Below are positions 31,199 to 41,202 of a stretch of 64,000 nt of DNA, piece after piece. The notes under the pieces are model-generated. The model made no database searches. It was not told where the DNA came from and worked only from the letters and a program-made list of their open reading frames with translations. Numbering within the stretch: the first letter of the stretch is position 1; each line of letters opens with the position of its first letter. A program made the position numbers and the translations under genes. Source of the stretch: an uncultured Rivularia sp. (GTDB lineage Bacteria > Cyanobacteriota > Cyanobacteriia > Cyanobacteriales > Nostocaceae); NCBI GenBank assembly GCA_963665115.1, contig OY762007.1, forward strand, positions 1,472,001-1,536,000. Reading direction: 5' to 3'.

Positions 31199-34100
31199 CT
31201 TACACTCGCGACTCAAAATTAACTCTCCCGAAGCCAGTTGATAAACTCCTTGAGGTTCAATAATTGGCTCTCCTTTTTTCCACTCAGAAGATTGATTGTC
31301 CTCTGATACATTTCGCACATCGCCAGTGGAATACTTGGAAATAAATCCATCTCCCGGACTGTTGCGTAAAGCACCGGCACCCGTAATTATAAAAGAGTTT
31401 TCTTGTCGCTTCGTGCCACGTGAAATGCAGCTATTAGCAATCAAAGCGTTAGTGTCAATTTGACTGTCGGGTAAGTCTGTCAACTCATCGTCAATAAACG
31501 TAACATCTGGGACTCCGGTAACTGCTCCGTTGACTGTACCGGATGCGTTCACATCAACGCGGCTGTTGTTGTTGAGGGCTTGAAGCGTTGTCGCATTGGC
31601 AGTTGGGGAACTGGGACGATACAGGGGTGTACTAAAGAAACCTTCTGTATTGAAGGTGATATCGCCACCTTTACCATCGCGAGCGAATGAGAGAATATCG
31701 CTGTCGTCAACAGCTACGATGGTATTGGCTGTGAGGTTGATATTTCCTCCTCCACCTGTTCCGTTGAAGACGTTGGTGCGGATATCGCTGTCGTCGAAAA
31801 GGCGGATGTCTTTAGCGGTGATGTTGATAGCACCACCGGAAGATTGTTCGGAGGTGGTTGATATTGTGCTGTTAGTAGCTGTTAAATTATCGCGGACATT
31901 TATAGAAATATTCCCTCTATTTTTGTCGGAACCGACTGATGTAGCTGTTGTGATACTTCCTTTATCAAGCGTGACGGAACTAGCATCAATACTCAAATTT
32001 CCTGGTGAACCAGTTCCGGGAGGACGTTGATTACTAGATTGAAAATTGCTTGCGCTTATTGTTGCTCCGTCTTGCACAATTAATTTATCGGTTTCTAGGA
32101 TTAAATTACCACCGTTTCCACTACCTTCAATTGCAGAAGCAAATAAACCACCATTTTGAATTCTATTTTCATCTAAACTACCAATTAATTGAATAATTTC
32201 TGATGCTTTTATTCTTAAAGTTCCTGCATCTCCTTCACCAAAAGTAATGGCTCCTAATTGTGAAGTATCTTCTAATCTAAAAAAATCTGTAATTATATTT
32301 AAATTCCCAGCATCTCCGGAACTGAAAGTAGTAGCTGAAACTCTTGCATCATTTCTTAGTGTTAAGTTGTTAGTTTTTATATTTATATTTCCTGCTTTAC
32401 CATCTCCGGAAGTATCAGAACTGATAAACCCGTCATCATTCAGCAAAAGTAAACCTGTAGTAATATCAATATTTCCTCCCTCTCCCACTGCATCAGACTC
32501 AACAGTGGTGCTAATTTGACTGGGAAATATATCAGTAGCATTAGCGAATGCTGAAAGACCTTCTCCCTCTACAACCATGCGATCGCGAACATTAATCGTA
32601 ATATTACCTGCTTTTCCAATATTTTCTAAATCGGCTAGCAATGAAGAACCGTCTTGAAGCAGTAAAGTCCCAGTGTTTATGTTAATATCTCCTCCTTTCC
32701 CAACACCGCCTTCCTCACTAACTTCGGTGATAATATCCGAATCTAATAAGAAAACCTGGTTTTGTGCGTTGATTGAGATGCTGCCTGCATTTCCCCGCCC
32801 CTGCGTAGCGCTAATTATTTGAGCGCGATTAGTCATAGAAAGAGAGCTTGTAGTAATATCAACATCACCACCGTTACCCACTGCTCCAACTTCGACTCTG
32901 CTAATAACTAAACTAGGAGAATCATTAGCGTTGCGACCGTCTAAGGACACTTGATCGCGAGCATCAATTGTAATTTTTCCTGAATTTCCTTCACCGTATA
33001 CAAGGGATTGTATCTGAGCGCCATCAGTGACGGCAAGAGAGCCTGTAGTAATATTTATTCCACTTGTATTACCCATTGCTTCAGAGCGAATATTATTGAA
33101 AATAAAGCTATTGTTATTTCCACCACTACTTTTTACAGATACTGTATTTTCACCAAGAATATTTATACTACCAGCATTTCCCATTCCATCAGTACTAGCT
33201 GATATTCTGCCACCGTCATTTATTTCAACAGATTTTCCTACTATATTTATATCCCCACTGTTACCAACAGCATCAGAATTAACATCATTATTAACTTCAC
33301 TTACGGGATTGGCAATAGTTATCTTTTCTGTTGCATCTAGGGTAATGTCTCCTGCTTGAACATCCACTGAACCCAGTTGGCTTAATATTCCAGCTTCAAG
33401 GCTACTCCCTCCCAAAATATCAATATTCTTTCCTTTAACGACAATATCTCCACCACCACCAGCAGTTACAATCACACCACCGTCGTTAGTTAAACTTATA
33501 TTTCCTCTTGATGCAGTATCTGCAAGGCTTAAACTCAAATTATTACTATCTTGATTGAGTTCTACTCTTCCTTTACCAGCGATACTTGCTAAATCAACTC
33601 TTCCCCCAGGAGCAAATAATTTCCCACCATCCAAACTGACATTTCCACCAACCAACAACAAACTCTTACCATCTAACACCTGCAAACCGTTAATCGGACG
33701 ATTTGCATCACCATTAAAAGCCCTTCCCAATAAAGTACTTGTCGCTCTCGAACGATTAACTATTGCTGATTGACTATTAACGGCATTAAAAAACAAAGCC
33801 GAAGGATTAACCGAAAGTAAACTACTTTGTTCCGGATTCGTCGCCCTAAAAACCCCCTGCTCCCCAAATTCAATCCCATCCGCAGTAGTTGCGACAAACG
33901 AACCACCCACATCCAAACTGGCATTTTCTCCAAACACAATTCCGTTGGGATTAATCAAATATAAATTGGGGTTAGAAGTAATTCCCGTTAAGTTAGAAAT
34001 CCCCAGAGTTCCCAAAATATTAGAAGGATTATTACCAGTAACGCGAGTCAAGATATTTTGCAGATTGTTATCGTTGTTAAAAAAATAACTACTACGACCT

Positions 34101-34357
34101 TCACCAACGTTAAATTCTTTGAAGCTATGGAAAAGATTACTTCCTCTAGTTGCTCCACCAGCAATAGCATCGATAGCTAAACCACCGGAATCTAAAGGTA
34201 CAACTATAGAATTTTCGCTACCCAAAGTATCGTCAGGAATAATATTACTTTGAGCAAAAACAGGATATCTGCTTGATGCAAATATCTCTAATATGGTTGT
34301 ACTTAAAAGTCCCAGAAAACCCAAGTAAGACCGTTTATAAAAACTTATTTTATTCAT
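31196..34357 (-). CDS. TpsA/FHA exoprotein, tail class A
   Basis: Signal peptide, NLFHSF/NPNGI, beta-helix repeats and IANSC...LSRECK tail. Confidence 0.93.
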   Translation of the reverse strand: MNKISFYKRSYLGFLGLLSTTILEIFASSRYPVFAQSNIIPDDTLGSENSIVVPLDSGGLAIDAIAGGATRGSNLFHSFKEFNVGEGRSSYFFNNDNNLQNILTRVTGNNPSNILGTLGISNLTGITSNPNLYLINPNGIVFGENASLDVGGSFVATTADGIEFGEQGVFRATNPEQSSLLSVNPSALFFNAVNSQSAIVNRSRATSTLLGRAFNGDANRPINGLQVLDGKSLLLVGGNVSLDGGKLFAPGGRVDLASIAGKGRVELNQDSNNLSLSLADTASRGNISLTNDGGVIVTAGGGGDIVVKGKNIDILGGSSLEAGILSQLGSVDVQAGDITLDATEKITIANPVSEVNNDVNSDAVGNSGDINIVGKSVEINDGGRISASTDGMGNAGSINILGENTVSVKSSGGNNNSFIFNNIRSEAMGNTSGINITTGSLAVTDGAQIQSLVYGEGNSGKITIDARDQVSLDGRNANDSPSLVISRVEVGAVGNGGDVDITTSSLSMTNRAQIISATQGRGNAGSISINAQNQVFLLDSDIITEVSEEGGVGKGGDININTGTLLLQDGSSLLADLENIGKAGNITINVRDRMVVEGEGLSAFANATDIFPSQISTTVESDAVGEGGNIDITTGLLLLNDDGFISSDTSGDGKAGNINIKTNNLTLRNDARVSATTFSSGDAGNLNIITDFFRLEDTSQLGAITFGEGDAGTLRIKASEIIQLIGSLDENRIQNGGLFASAIEGSGNGGNLILETDKLIVQDGATISASNFQSSNQRPPGTGSPGNLSIDASSVTLDKGSITTATSVGSDKNRGNISINVRDNLTATNSTISTTSEQSSGGAINITAKDIRLFDDSDIRTNVFNGTGGGGNINLTANTIVAVDDSDILSFARDGKGGDITFNTEGFFSTPLYRPSSPTANATTLQALNNNSRVDVNASGTVNGAVTGVPDVTFIDDELTDLPDSQIDTNALIANSCISRGTKRQENSFIITGAGALRNSPGDGFISKYSTGDVRNVSEDNQSSEWKKGEPIIEPQGVYQLASGELILSRECK

Positions 34358-34534
34358 TACAGTTGATAATTTTTATGTTACTAAAAAGTAGTTTTATGAA
34401 ATATCAATAATTTACCACATATTCAATTAATTTAGATAGGTAAAAAGAAACCCGATTTGTCAAAACCAGGCTTATAATTTCTCGTTTCAGAATTTAGGAT
34501 TACGATGTATAAGAAAAATTTGCATTTCTAATTC

Positions 34535-35281
34535 TTATAATCGAATATCTGAAATTTTCTGAAGATATTCAATTTGTTTGTTGATAATTTCAATTTTGTA
34601 TTTTGTTTCTGTATTTATAGAAGCCTCTACCTGTGCGAGTTCTTTTAATAAAATTGACCCACTTTGACTAAGTTTACCATCACCTGTTTTTTTTAAGGCT
34701 TCTTCAAGCGCTTCATACCACAAATCGTTTTCAGCATAATGTTTCACACTTTCGTGTATAGTGCTAAATCTTGTTTTAGAAAAGGATTGAGGAACAACAT
34801 CAAATTCTGCACGTCCAATTATTGGATTTCCACCTTCACAGTAAAGTGTAATCTGCCATAAATACTTTTTACCTGCTGTAAGTTCTGGATAATCGGTAGG
34901 AAGTTTTAATTTATTAATGCCTGCAATTGCTGATATTTCTTGGGGTTTACCAATTGTTTTAACTTCTTTGTCTGATATAAATTCCGCAAGTCGGAATCGC
35001 ACGTTTTGAGAATCCGACATATAGAAAGCAAGCATTGGACGTTTAGCAGTTGTTTTACCCACAAATGTCTTTGGTGCGAGTAGCGTCAGAGGTATATCAC
35101 TATCACTACTACCCGGACATCCACGAGAACCACCACCACGGGAATATCCGCTCGCGGCTTTGCGATTGCGAGGTTTATATTCAGCATATGCGGGAACTGC
35201 TGTAGCAAAGAAAAATACCGCTGCAATTAAACTTGTAAATCTGCGACTATTTTGCCAAAATCTTAAAGTGCGATGGCTCAT
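34535..35281 (-). CDS. DUF928 domain protein (exported)
   Basis: Signal peptide, GGGSRGC, LTLLAP, GKKYLW and YAENDLWYEAL. Confidence 0.88.
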   Translation of the reverse strand: MSHRTLRFWQNSRRFTSLIAAVFFFATAVPAYAEYKPRNRKAASGYSRGGGSRGCPGSSDSDIPLTLLAPKTFVGKTTAKRPMLAFYMSDSQNVRFRLAEFISDKEVKTIGKPQEISAIAGINKLKLPTDYPELTAGKKYLWQITLYCEGGNPIIGRAEFDVVPQSFSKTRFSTIHESVKHYAENDLWYEALEEALKKTGDGKLSQSGSILLKELAQVEASINTETKYKIEIINKQIEYLQKISDIRL

Positions 35282-35444
35282 GATGTTAGCTCAATGTATT
35301 TTTTTGTAAAAAGTAGACGGTGGAAATACAAACGAAATTATTATAAACAATACATGAGACGCAAGTAGTAATTAACAAAAATTATTAATATAAAGAACAC
35401 ATAAATTTTTAACATTAAATATCGGGTATTATATAAGCAATAAA

Positions 35445-37352
35445 TTAAAATCCTCTCATGGGTATCCAGCTAAGTTCGCAGATTGTGCCGCGAGGAGAAA
35501 GGGGTTCCCGGCGAAAATTTCCTCCTAATTTTTTTGCAAGTAATTTAGAATATTTTGTACCTTTATTTTCCAGTTTTGATTTAATTCCGGAGCCGTTATC
35601 TTTCACCCACAATTTATAATGACTTGCAGAATAGGTACCTGATGCCTGAATGCGTTTTACACCTTGAGCGTGTTTGCCAACATTACATAATGCTTCTTCT
35701 AAAAACAAGCAAATGCTGCGTTTTTGTTCCCTGCTTAAATATTTATCATCAATTGGGTCGAAATTACGAATTTTAACTTTTAAAGTTTTAAAGTGTTCAA
35801 AATCATGCCGTTCTAAGGTACTCGAATATACTTCATATAATAAATCGTGAAGTGGTCGCTTTAAATCTAAAATTAATCCACCTCCCAAACGCAAAACTTC
35901 TTTTTCACCTAATGCTTCTAACTTCAGAAATTCGCTAATTTCTCTAATTTTTTGGTTGAGCTTTTCAAACTGCCAAATCAGTTGTTCGTAGGGTATATCT
36001 TGGGCACGCATATGTCTTAATCCATAGGCAAGGGTTTGTAAGGGACCATTATGAATAACATCAAAAGTGTAATTAATCGTGCTTTGTCGTTCTTCAATTT
36101 GCCGTTTCAAAAACTTATCGTGCTGGTAAAATGCAAAAGCACTCAAACCAACTCCATTTACAGCAAATATCACAACATTAGGTGCAATGGGAATCCACAT
36201 ACCCCACAACCACAGCATCACATAGCCGTAGCCAAACAAACAAACAGATACGATTCCGACACTAAGTAAATTTTTCCATACAGATTGAGTTAATCGTCCC
36301 AAAGCAATCGGCACAAAACCCCAAATAAATATCCATAGGTACTCTTCGGTCTCTCCCCAACTGTTTAACATAGGACGATTATTAGGACGATTATTAGGAG
36401 GATTATCAATTACATAACTAAGAATCTCGCTAATGGCATGAGCGTGATAGTCAACACCATAAATTTGACCCTTTAATGGGAATGTTGGTGCGGCAGACGT
36501 GTAAAAAATATCGCCAGCACTAGTATTGCGATTACCTACTAAAATAATGCGATCGCGCAACCATTTTGGATTAACTTCCCCGTTGAGGACATTCCGCAGC
36601 GATACTACACGGAAAGGTTTATAACTGTTGCGAAAGTTCATTAAAATCCACAATCCACCATCATCAACATCAACGTATCCGCCAAAATTCTTGCTACTGA
36701 TGCGGGGTAATTCTTTACCGCGAATCGCGATTGGATCGGGGTAGTTTATTCTAGTTTCTTCTGCACTGAAGTACCGAGTCACTAATCGCAGTGCTAGAGA
36801 ATATTTATCTTTTTCAGGGTTTTGCGAATTTTTTGGGTCTGGTGTATATAACAAATAGCGGCGATTTTTACTATCCTCATCATTAAGTAAATCGGCGAAT
36901 CCAACTTGTTTGTGTGACAAACTCTTGTGTGGGGGAACTTCTCCGGGTGGTAGAATTTTATCGATACCAATTATATTTGTATTTTCCCGTAAAACTTTAG
37001 TTAGTTGTTCGCTCCCAGGTTCCACGGGAACATTTTTGAATAGATCCAAGCCAATCGCTCGTGGTTTATAGGTTTGCAGCTTGGTAAGTAATTCAGCAAC
37101 TTTTCCATCGGGGATTGGATATTGTTTTACAAAATCAATATCTTTTGCATCAATCCCGACAATTACTACTCGCTCGTCAACTGGTTCTTTTGGACGCAAA
37201 CGCAACATTGCATCGAGGAACATCCATTCTAAAGATTGCATTCCTCCAAGCATACGTATTAATATCACCGCAGCCAGCACAATCATTCCTGGAGGTGCAG
37301 CACGGAACCACAACTCGAATTCTTTGTTAATGCGTTTCCAGATTCTGTTCAC
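35445..37352 (-). CDS. CHASE2 sensor histidine kinase
   Basis: CHASE2 (VVIVGID, AIGLDLF, YGVDYHAH), three TM helices, HNGPLQ H-box and HATPase EALCNVGKHA/DNGSG. The likely start is GTG 37352, because the upstream extension is repeat-derived. Confidence 0.9.
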   Translation of the reverse strand: MNRIWKRINKEFELWFRAAPPGMIVLAAVILIRMLGGMQSLEWMFLDAMLRLRPKEPVDERVVIVGIDAKDIDFVKQYPIPDGKVAELLTKLQTYKPRAIGLDLFKNVPVEPGSEQLTKVLRENTNIIGIDKILPPGEVPPHKSLSHKQVGFADLLNDEDSKNRRYLLYTPDPKNSQNPEKDKYSLALRLVTRYFSAEETRINYPDPIAIRGKELPRISSKNFGGYVDVDDGGLWILMNFRNSYKPFRVVSLRNVLNGEVNPKWLRDRIILVGNRNTSAGDIFYTSAAPTFPLKGQIYGVDYHAHAISEILSYVIDNPPNNRPNNRPMLNSWGETEEYLWIFIWGFVPIALGRLTQSVWKNLLSVGIVSVCLFGYGYVMLWLWGMWIPIAPNVVIFAVNGVGLSAFAFYQHDKFLKRQIEERQSTINYTFDVIHNGPLQTLAYGLRHMRAQDIPYEQLIWQFEKLNQKIREISEFLKLEALGEKEVLRLGGGLILDLKRPLHDLLYEVYSSTLERHDFEHFKTLKVKIRNFDPIDDKYLSREQKRSICLFLEEALCNVGKHAQGVKRIQASGTYSASHYKLWVKDNGSGIKSKLENKGTKYSKLLAKKLGGNFRREPLSPRGTICELSWIPMRGF

Positions 37353-37362
37353 AATCTTATCA

Positions 37363-37460
37363 GGGGAGAGGGGGTAGAGGGGGTAGAGGGGGTAGAGGGG
37401 GTAGAGGGGGTAGATAATTATTAACTCATAACCACTAACAACTAACAACTAACCACTAAC
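37363..37460. repeat. 9-mer (AGGGGGTAG)n and 7-mer (CTAACAA/CTAACCA)n tandem repeats
   Basis: Directly visible in the spacer between the regulator remnant and the kinase. Confidence 0.85.
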
Positions 37461-37466
37461 AAATTT

Positions 37467-37723
37467 CTAATCAATTAAGCCTTCTTCTCTAGAACGAATT
37501 TCGGTTTGGATTCGCAGGTTTTTGCCGCTTTGCTTGCAGTCTTCAGGATATACTCCCAAAACATCCTGAATTTTTGTCCAGTAAGTCCGCACTGCTCGTT
37601 CTGATTTATACATTCGATTGGCGATTTCTTTATCTGTCAAACCATCTTCAAAAGCTAATCGCAAAACATCCACCCATTCGGGTTTGAGTTCGATTCCTGT
37701 TCCACACATCATGGTTAAATCCT
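37467..37723 (-). pseudogene. C-terminal HTH fragment of a response regulator (receiver domain lost)
   Basis: ELKPEWVDVLRLAFEDGLTDKEIA...NLRIQTEIRSREEGLID is typical of the regulators paired with CHASE2 kinases. Its 5' end abuts the IS right end. Confidence 0.8.
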
Positions 37724-37870
37724 CCGTTACATAAAACTTACCCAAAACTACCTATAACTAGACAAATCTAGACATATATGATTTTAGTGTTTACTTCCTG
37801 CTTCAAGCTGGGGTAGTCGGCTACTTCCCATCCACAGGCTGAAACTGTCTAACTGACAGCCTTAGATAAA
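37724..37870 (-). ncRNA. Putative TnpB omega-RNA scaffold (element right end)
   Basis: GCCTGTGGATGGGAAGTAGCCGACTACCCCAGCTTGAAGCAGGAAG follows the tnpB stop. The position matches known TnpB omega-RNAs, but the boundaries are inferred. Confidence 0.55.
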
Positions 37871-38937
37871 TTGATTGCAGCGTTTAAATCGCGGTCAATC
37901 GTAAAATTACAGTTCTTACAATCAAACACTCTTTCCAGAAGAGAGAGTACTTCCTTTTTATGACCACAATTGGAACAAGTTTTAGATGATGGAAACCATC
38001 TATCAACCACAACTAGTTTGGAGCCGTACAATTTACATTTGTATTCAAGTTGTCTTCTAACTTCATAAAATCCCATATCAGAAATCGATAAGGCTAGTTT
38101 ATGATTTTTCATCATACCCGATACATTTAAATCTTCTATCACTATCGTTCCGTGATTCTTGGCTAATAATGATGTCAATTTATGGATAGAATATGCTCTT
38201 ATATTGGAAATTCTTCTATGAAGTCTAGCTATTTTTAGTTGAGTTTTTCTCCAATTTTTAGAACCAATCACTTTATTGCGATTTAACCACTGCAATCGAG
38301 ATAATTTAGTTTTATTTTTACGATAGGCTTTCGCTCCTTCTATAACTTCACCTGTCGATAAGGTTGCTAGAGCCTTAACTCCTAAATCAACTCCTACAAC
38401 AGTTGTATTATTATTTTTTTGAATTTGGGTATCAATTTTAAAACTAATAAACCACCTATCTGCTTGTCGGGATATCGTTACAGATTTTATTTTATCTAGC
38501 TGGGGTAATTTCTCATATGTTTTTAATTTACCTATTCTTGGAACTTGAATTATAAAACTATCTATAGTCTTACAAGTTCCTTCCAAAGTAAATGAATCGT
38601 TTTTACCTTTCTTTTTAAACCTGGGTTGACCACTAACTGTTTTGAAGCATCTTTTCCAAGCAGTAGATAAATCTCTTAATGCTGATTGTGGTGCAGACTT
38701 TGAACACTCATAGTACCAAGGGTTTTCGGGTTTAACCAAAGCCACTAAGTATTTATGTAAATCAATCGCACTTGGAAATTTTATTTTAGAATCAGGATTA
38801 ATAAAATTGTTTTCTAATATTGCGCGGGTTAATGCTAATCCCCAATTCCAAGCATGTCTAGAAACTCCACAATGTTTGAGTAAAACAGTTTTTTGATTGT
38901 TATTTAATTTTAATTCTGTTTTAAATCCGAGTAACAT
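37849..38937 (-). CDS. tnpB: RNA-guided endonuclease TnpB
   Basis: RuvC residues VGVDLG, VIEDL and DRDLNAA, zinc finger CSNC...CKNC, and PRFKKK. Confidence 0.95.
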   Translation of the reverse strand: MLLGFKTELKLNNNQKTVLLKHCGVSRHAWNWGLALTRAILENNFINPDSKIKFPSAIDLHKYLVALVKPENPWYYECSKSAPQSALRDLSTAWKRCFKTVSGQPRFKKKGKNDSFTLEGTCKTIDSFIIQVPRIGKLKTYEKLPQLDKIKSVTISRQADRWFISFKIDTQIQKNNNTTVVGVDLGVKALATLSTGEVIEGAKAYRKNKTKLSRLQWLNRNKVIGSKNWRKTQLKIARLHRRISNIRAYSIHKLTSLLAKNHGTIVIEDLNVSGMMKNHKLALSISDMGFYEVRRQLEYKCKLYGSKLVVVDRWFPSSKTCSNCGHKKEVLSLLERVFDCKNCNFTIDRDLNAAINLSKAVS

Positions 38938-39249
38938 TGTATAAAATTTAGGTTTTCAAGTTTTATAAATATAAGGCATCTATCTTTTAGATTATTAGAT
39001 ATAAACATATCATTTTTATTACTATCATTAATAGTATAAATGTTAAATTTATTAATTCTTAAAATTTAATTGGCAGCCGTTGCCAACCATTAGTAGAATA
39101 AACAACCTTTAACCATCGCTTTACTGTAAAGCTCGCCGTGGGGATACTCCCCACGGCAGACTTTACGTAAATACGTATTACACACTTAACACGATATCTG
39201 GACAATATGGGTAAATATGTCTATTTATGGGTAGAAATTAGATAACAGT

Positions 39250-39601
39250 TACTACCCCTTGTTTTGTAAGCTGCATGAACTGATTTCTGGATTCCACACA
39301 CTACCAAACTCATCAAATCTACCTGAGAAGAAAATAGCAAATCTTGTTGATACTGTGCTTATGCATATTCTGTAAATAATCTATCCACGCGCTCCGGCGC
39401 AAATATATGTGACATTAATACCTGCATCATCACACTTACTGGACTTTCTTTTATAAATCGCTCAAAGATAGAGGACAACATTCTTAAACACCCTGGTACT
39501 CATATTGCCCAGAATACCTTGAATTCACTATCAATAACCTATACTGTGAGCGGGCTCCAGTCTTGACTTAAATAGTTCATATGTTCGCATTGAAAGGGCT
39601 G
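39250..39601 (-). mobile_element. IS4-family remnant (left end plus transposase N-terminus with internal stop)
   Basis: From ATG 39481: MLSSIFERFIKESPVSVMMQVLMSHIFAPERVDRLFTEYA*AQYQQDLLFSSQVDLMSLVVCGIQKSVHAAYK. A TIR-like CAGCCCTTTCAA lies at 39601-39590. Confidence 0.72.
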
Positions 39602-39900
39602 GGTTTATATGGTTCTGATAATGGTGCTTTAATATCTAAAATATTTAAAACCATAACTATACTTGCTACACCACAGTAAGCTTGATTAATTTGGGTAACG
39701 AAATGCATACTCAAAGGAAAGAAATCTTCCCTTGATTTGCTTTCAATAAGTAATTTTTCACCTTCGTTAGAATCAAAACTAATCAAGTTTGAAGTTAGAG
39801 GTAACGTTTGGGCAATACTACTTCCAGCGTTCAAGCATATACCTAAAATCAATGCTTTGGAAAGCAATTTTATATTTCTCAACTTTTTGCGATTCATCAT
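39577..39900 (-). pseudogene. Phytochelatin synthase (Alr0975-like), 3'-truncated
   Basis: SNEGEKLL...EDFFPLSMHFVTQINQAYCGVAS includes the catalytic Cys. Similarity stops at the IS4 end, so the His and Asp of the triad are missing. Confidence 0.85.
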
Positions 39901-40033
39901 ATAAATCCTGATAGAGCTTACAAATCATCTACAATATAGTGATTACTTGTCACTAAAATCTGTTTGACCTTGCTTACTATATAAATAAGGTATTCAATAA
40001 TCGAAGATAAAAACTGAAGATATTGAGTATCTT

Positions 40034-41101
40034 TTAAAGCTCAAATTGTTCCGTAATGCTGGAACTTTCTAAACTAACCTGTATGCTAAACTTTTTACCC
40101 GGTTCACCTTTAAAAACATTCAATTGGATGCAATTGTCTTGAACTCTTGAAGCCACTTCCTGAAGAACTTTACCCGCTTTAGAAATCAAAACTAATTTAA
40201 TATTTTGCGGCAAAGAAAAAAATCTGTCTGCTGGACGTAATTGAACCAAAACACTTATCTTATGTTGATTAGAACTATCTTTTTTATCAGGAAATATATG
40301 TATAATTAAAGCGAATTTATTGCTATCCAAATTTATTCCTAAATCAATAATTTTAGTTCTTTTTGTACCATTATCAAGAGTTCTGATACCAAAAGCTAAG
40401 TTTAGTTCTGATTTATAGAGAGAATCTAGCGTTTGCCAACTTTCGTCAAATACTCCCTGCAACCATTGACTTAATTTGGTAGTAGTAATATTTACAGTAT
40501 CAGATAATTTTTGATTTATTTGACTAACTTTATTATCTCCTAAAGATGGAATAAACTCTGATGAAGAGACATAACGCTGATAGAATAATAAATGATTCGG
40601 TTCCATATCAAATAACCATAGTGGAAATTCGTAATAACCATTATTTATTGACAATTTTAAATTGTTTTTGATGTCAACTAATTGGTTATAAGGTAAAAAT
40701 CCTCGAATTACAACTTGTTCCTCTTCTTCCAAAACCTCTAACAATACGTAAAAATGAGTTATTAATTCTAGCTTTTTAACAATTAATGAAGGTATACAAA
40801 CAGTCTGAGAAAGTACATTCTCGGTTGCGATCGCACAAAATCGGAAGTCATCGACTTGAAGAGTACCGGCTATTTCGATTACACTAATATCTTTAGTAAT
40901 AACTTTATCATTCAAACGTTTCTGCAACCATGCTTCAAAACCACTTAGCGCTAATGTATTAATATAAATTTGCCAAGAGGTATCGGGGTCAGTTTTGTCC
41001 GAGCGACTAGCCTGCTGTGCTGCATAAAAATGTTCAGCTTCTAACCAAACAGTTTCTGGTAACATGAGTCTCAGGTTTTGAGAAGAAGTTGAATTGAGCA
41101 T
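40034..41101 (-). CDS. DUF1822 family protein
   Basis: WQIYINTLAL, HFYVLLEV, KLSQWLQGVFDESWQ and C-terminal VLVQLRP...DNCIQL..FKGEPG. Confidence 0.88.
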   Translation of the reverse strand: MLNSTSSQNLRLMLPETVWLEAEHFYAAQQASRSDKTDPDTSWQIYINTLALSGFEAWLQKRLNDKVITKDISVIEIAGTLQVDDFRFCAIATENVLSQTVCIPSLIVKKLELITHFYVLLEVLEEEEQVVIRGFLPYNQLVDIKNNLKLSINNGYYEFPLWLFDMEPNHLLFYQRYVSSSEFIPSLGDNKVSQINQKLSDTVNITTTKLSQWLQGVFDESWQTLDSLYKSELNLAFGIRTLDNGTKRTKIIDLGINLDSNKFALIIHIFPDKKDSSNQHKISVLVQLRPADRFFSLPQNIKLVLISKAGKVLQEVASRVQDNCIQLNVFKGEPGKKFSIQVSLESSSITEQFEL

Positions 41102-41202
41102 TATTTAACCTCAGTACTAAATATAAATAGATGCGATTGAGACAAGCTTATCCAGTCTATTTAGATATTTAATAAATAGTTGATAGAAATATCTGATAAA
41201 TT

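Larger units (their letters stand above)
37724..39248 (-). mobile_element. Non-autonomous IS607-like (IS200/605 superfamily) element carrying tnpB only
   Basis: Right end ...GTAACGG and left end CTGTTAT. Both ends carry subterminal TACCCA/TAGACA motifs. No tnpA ORF. Confidence 0.7.

Noticed and set aside
37353..37448. YPLYPLYPL N-terminal extension of the kinase
   Set aside because: It is the translation of a 9-mer intergenic repeat. GTG at 37352 is the more plausible start.
37849..38937. TnpB as a Cas12f effector
   Set aside because: No CRISPR array is adjacent, and IS-like ends with an omega-RNA-like tail are present.
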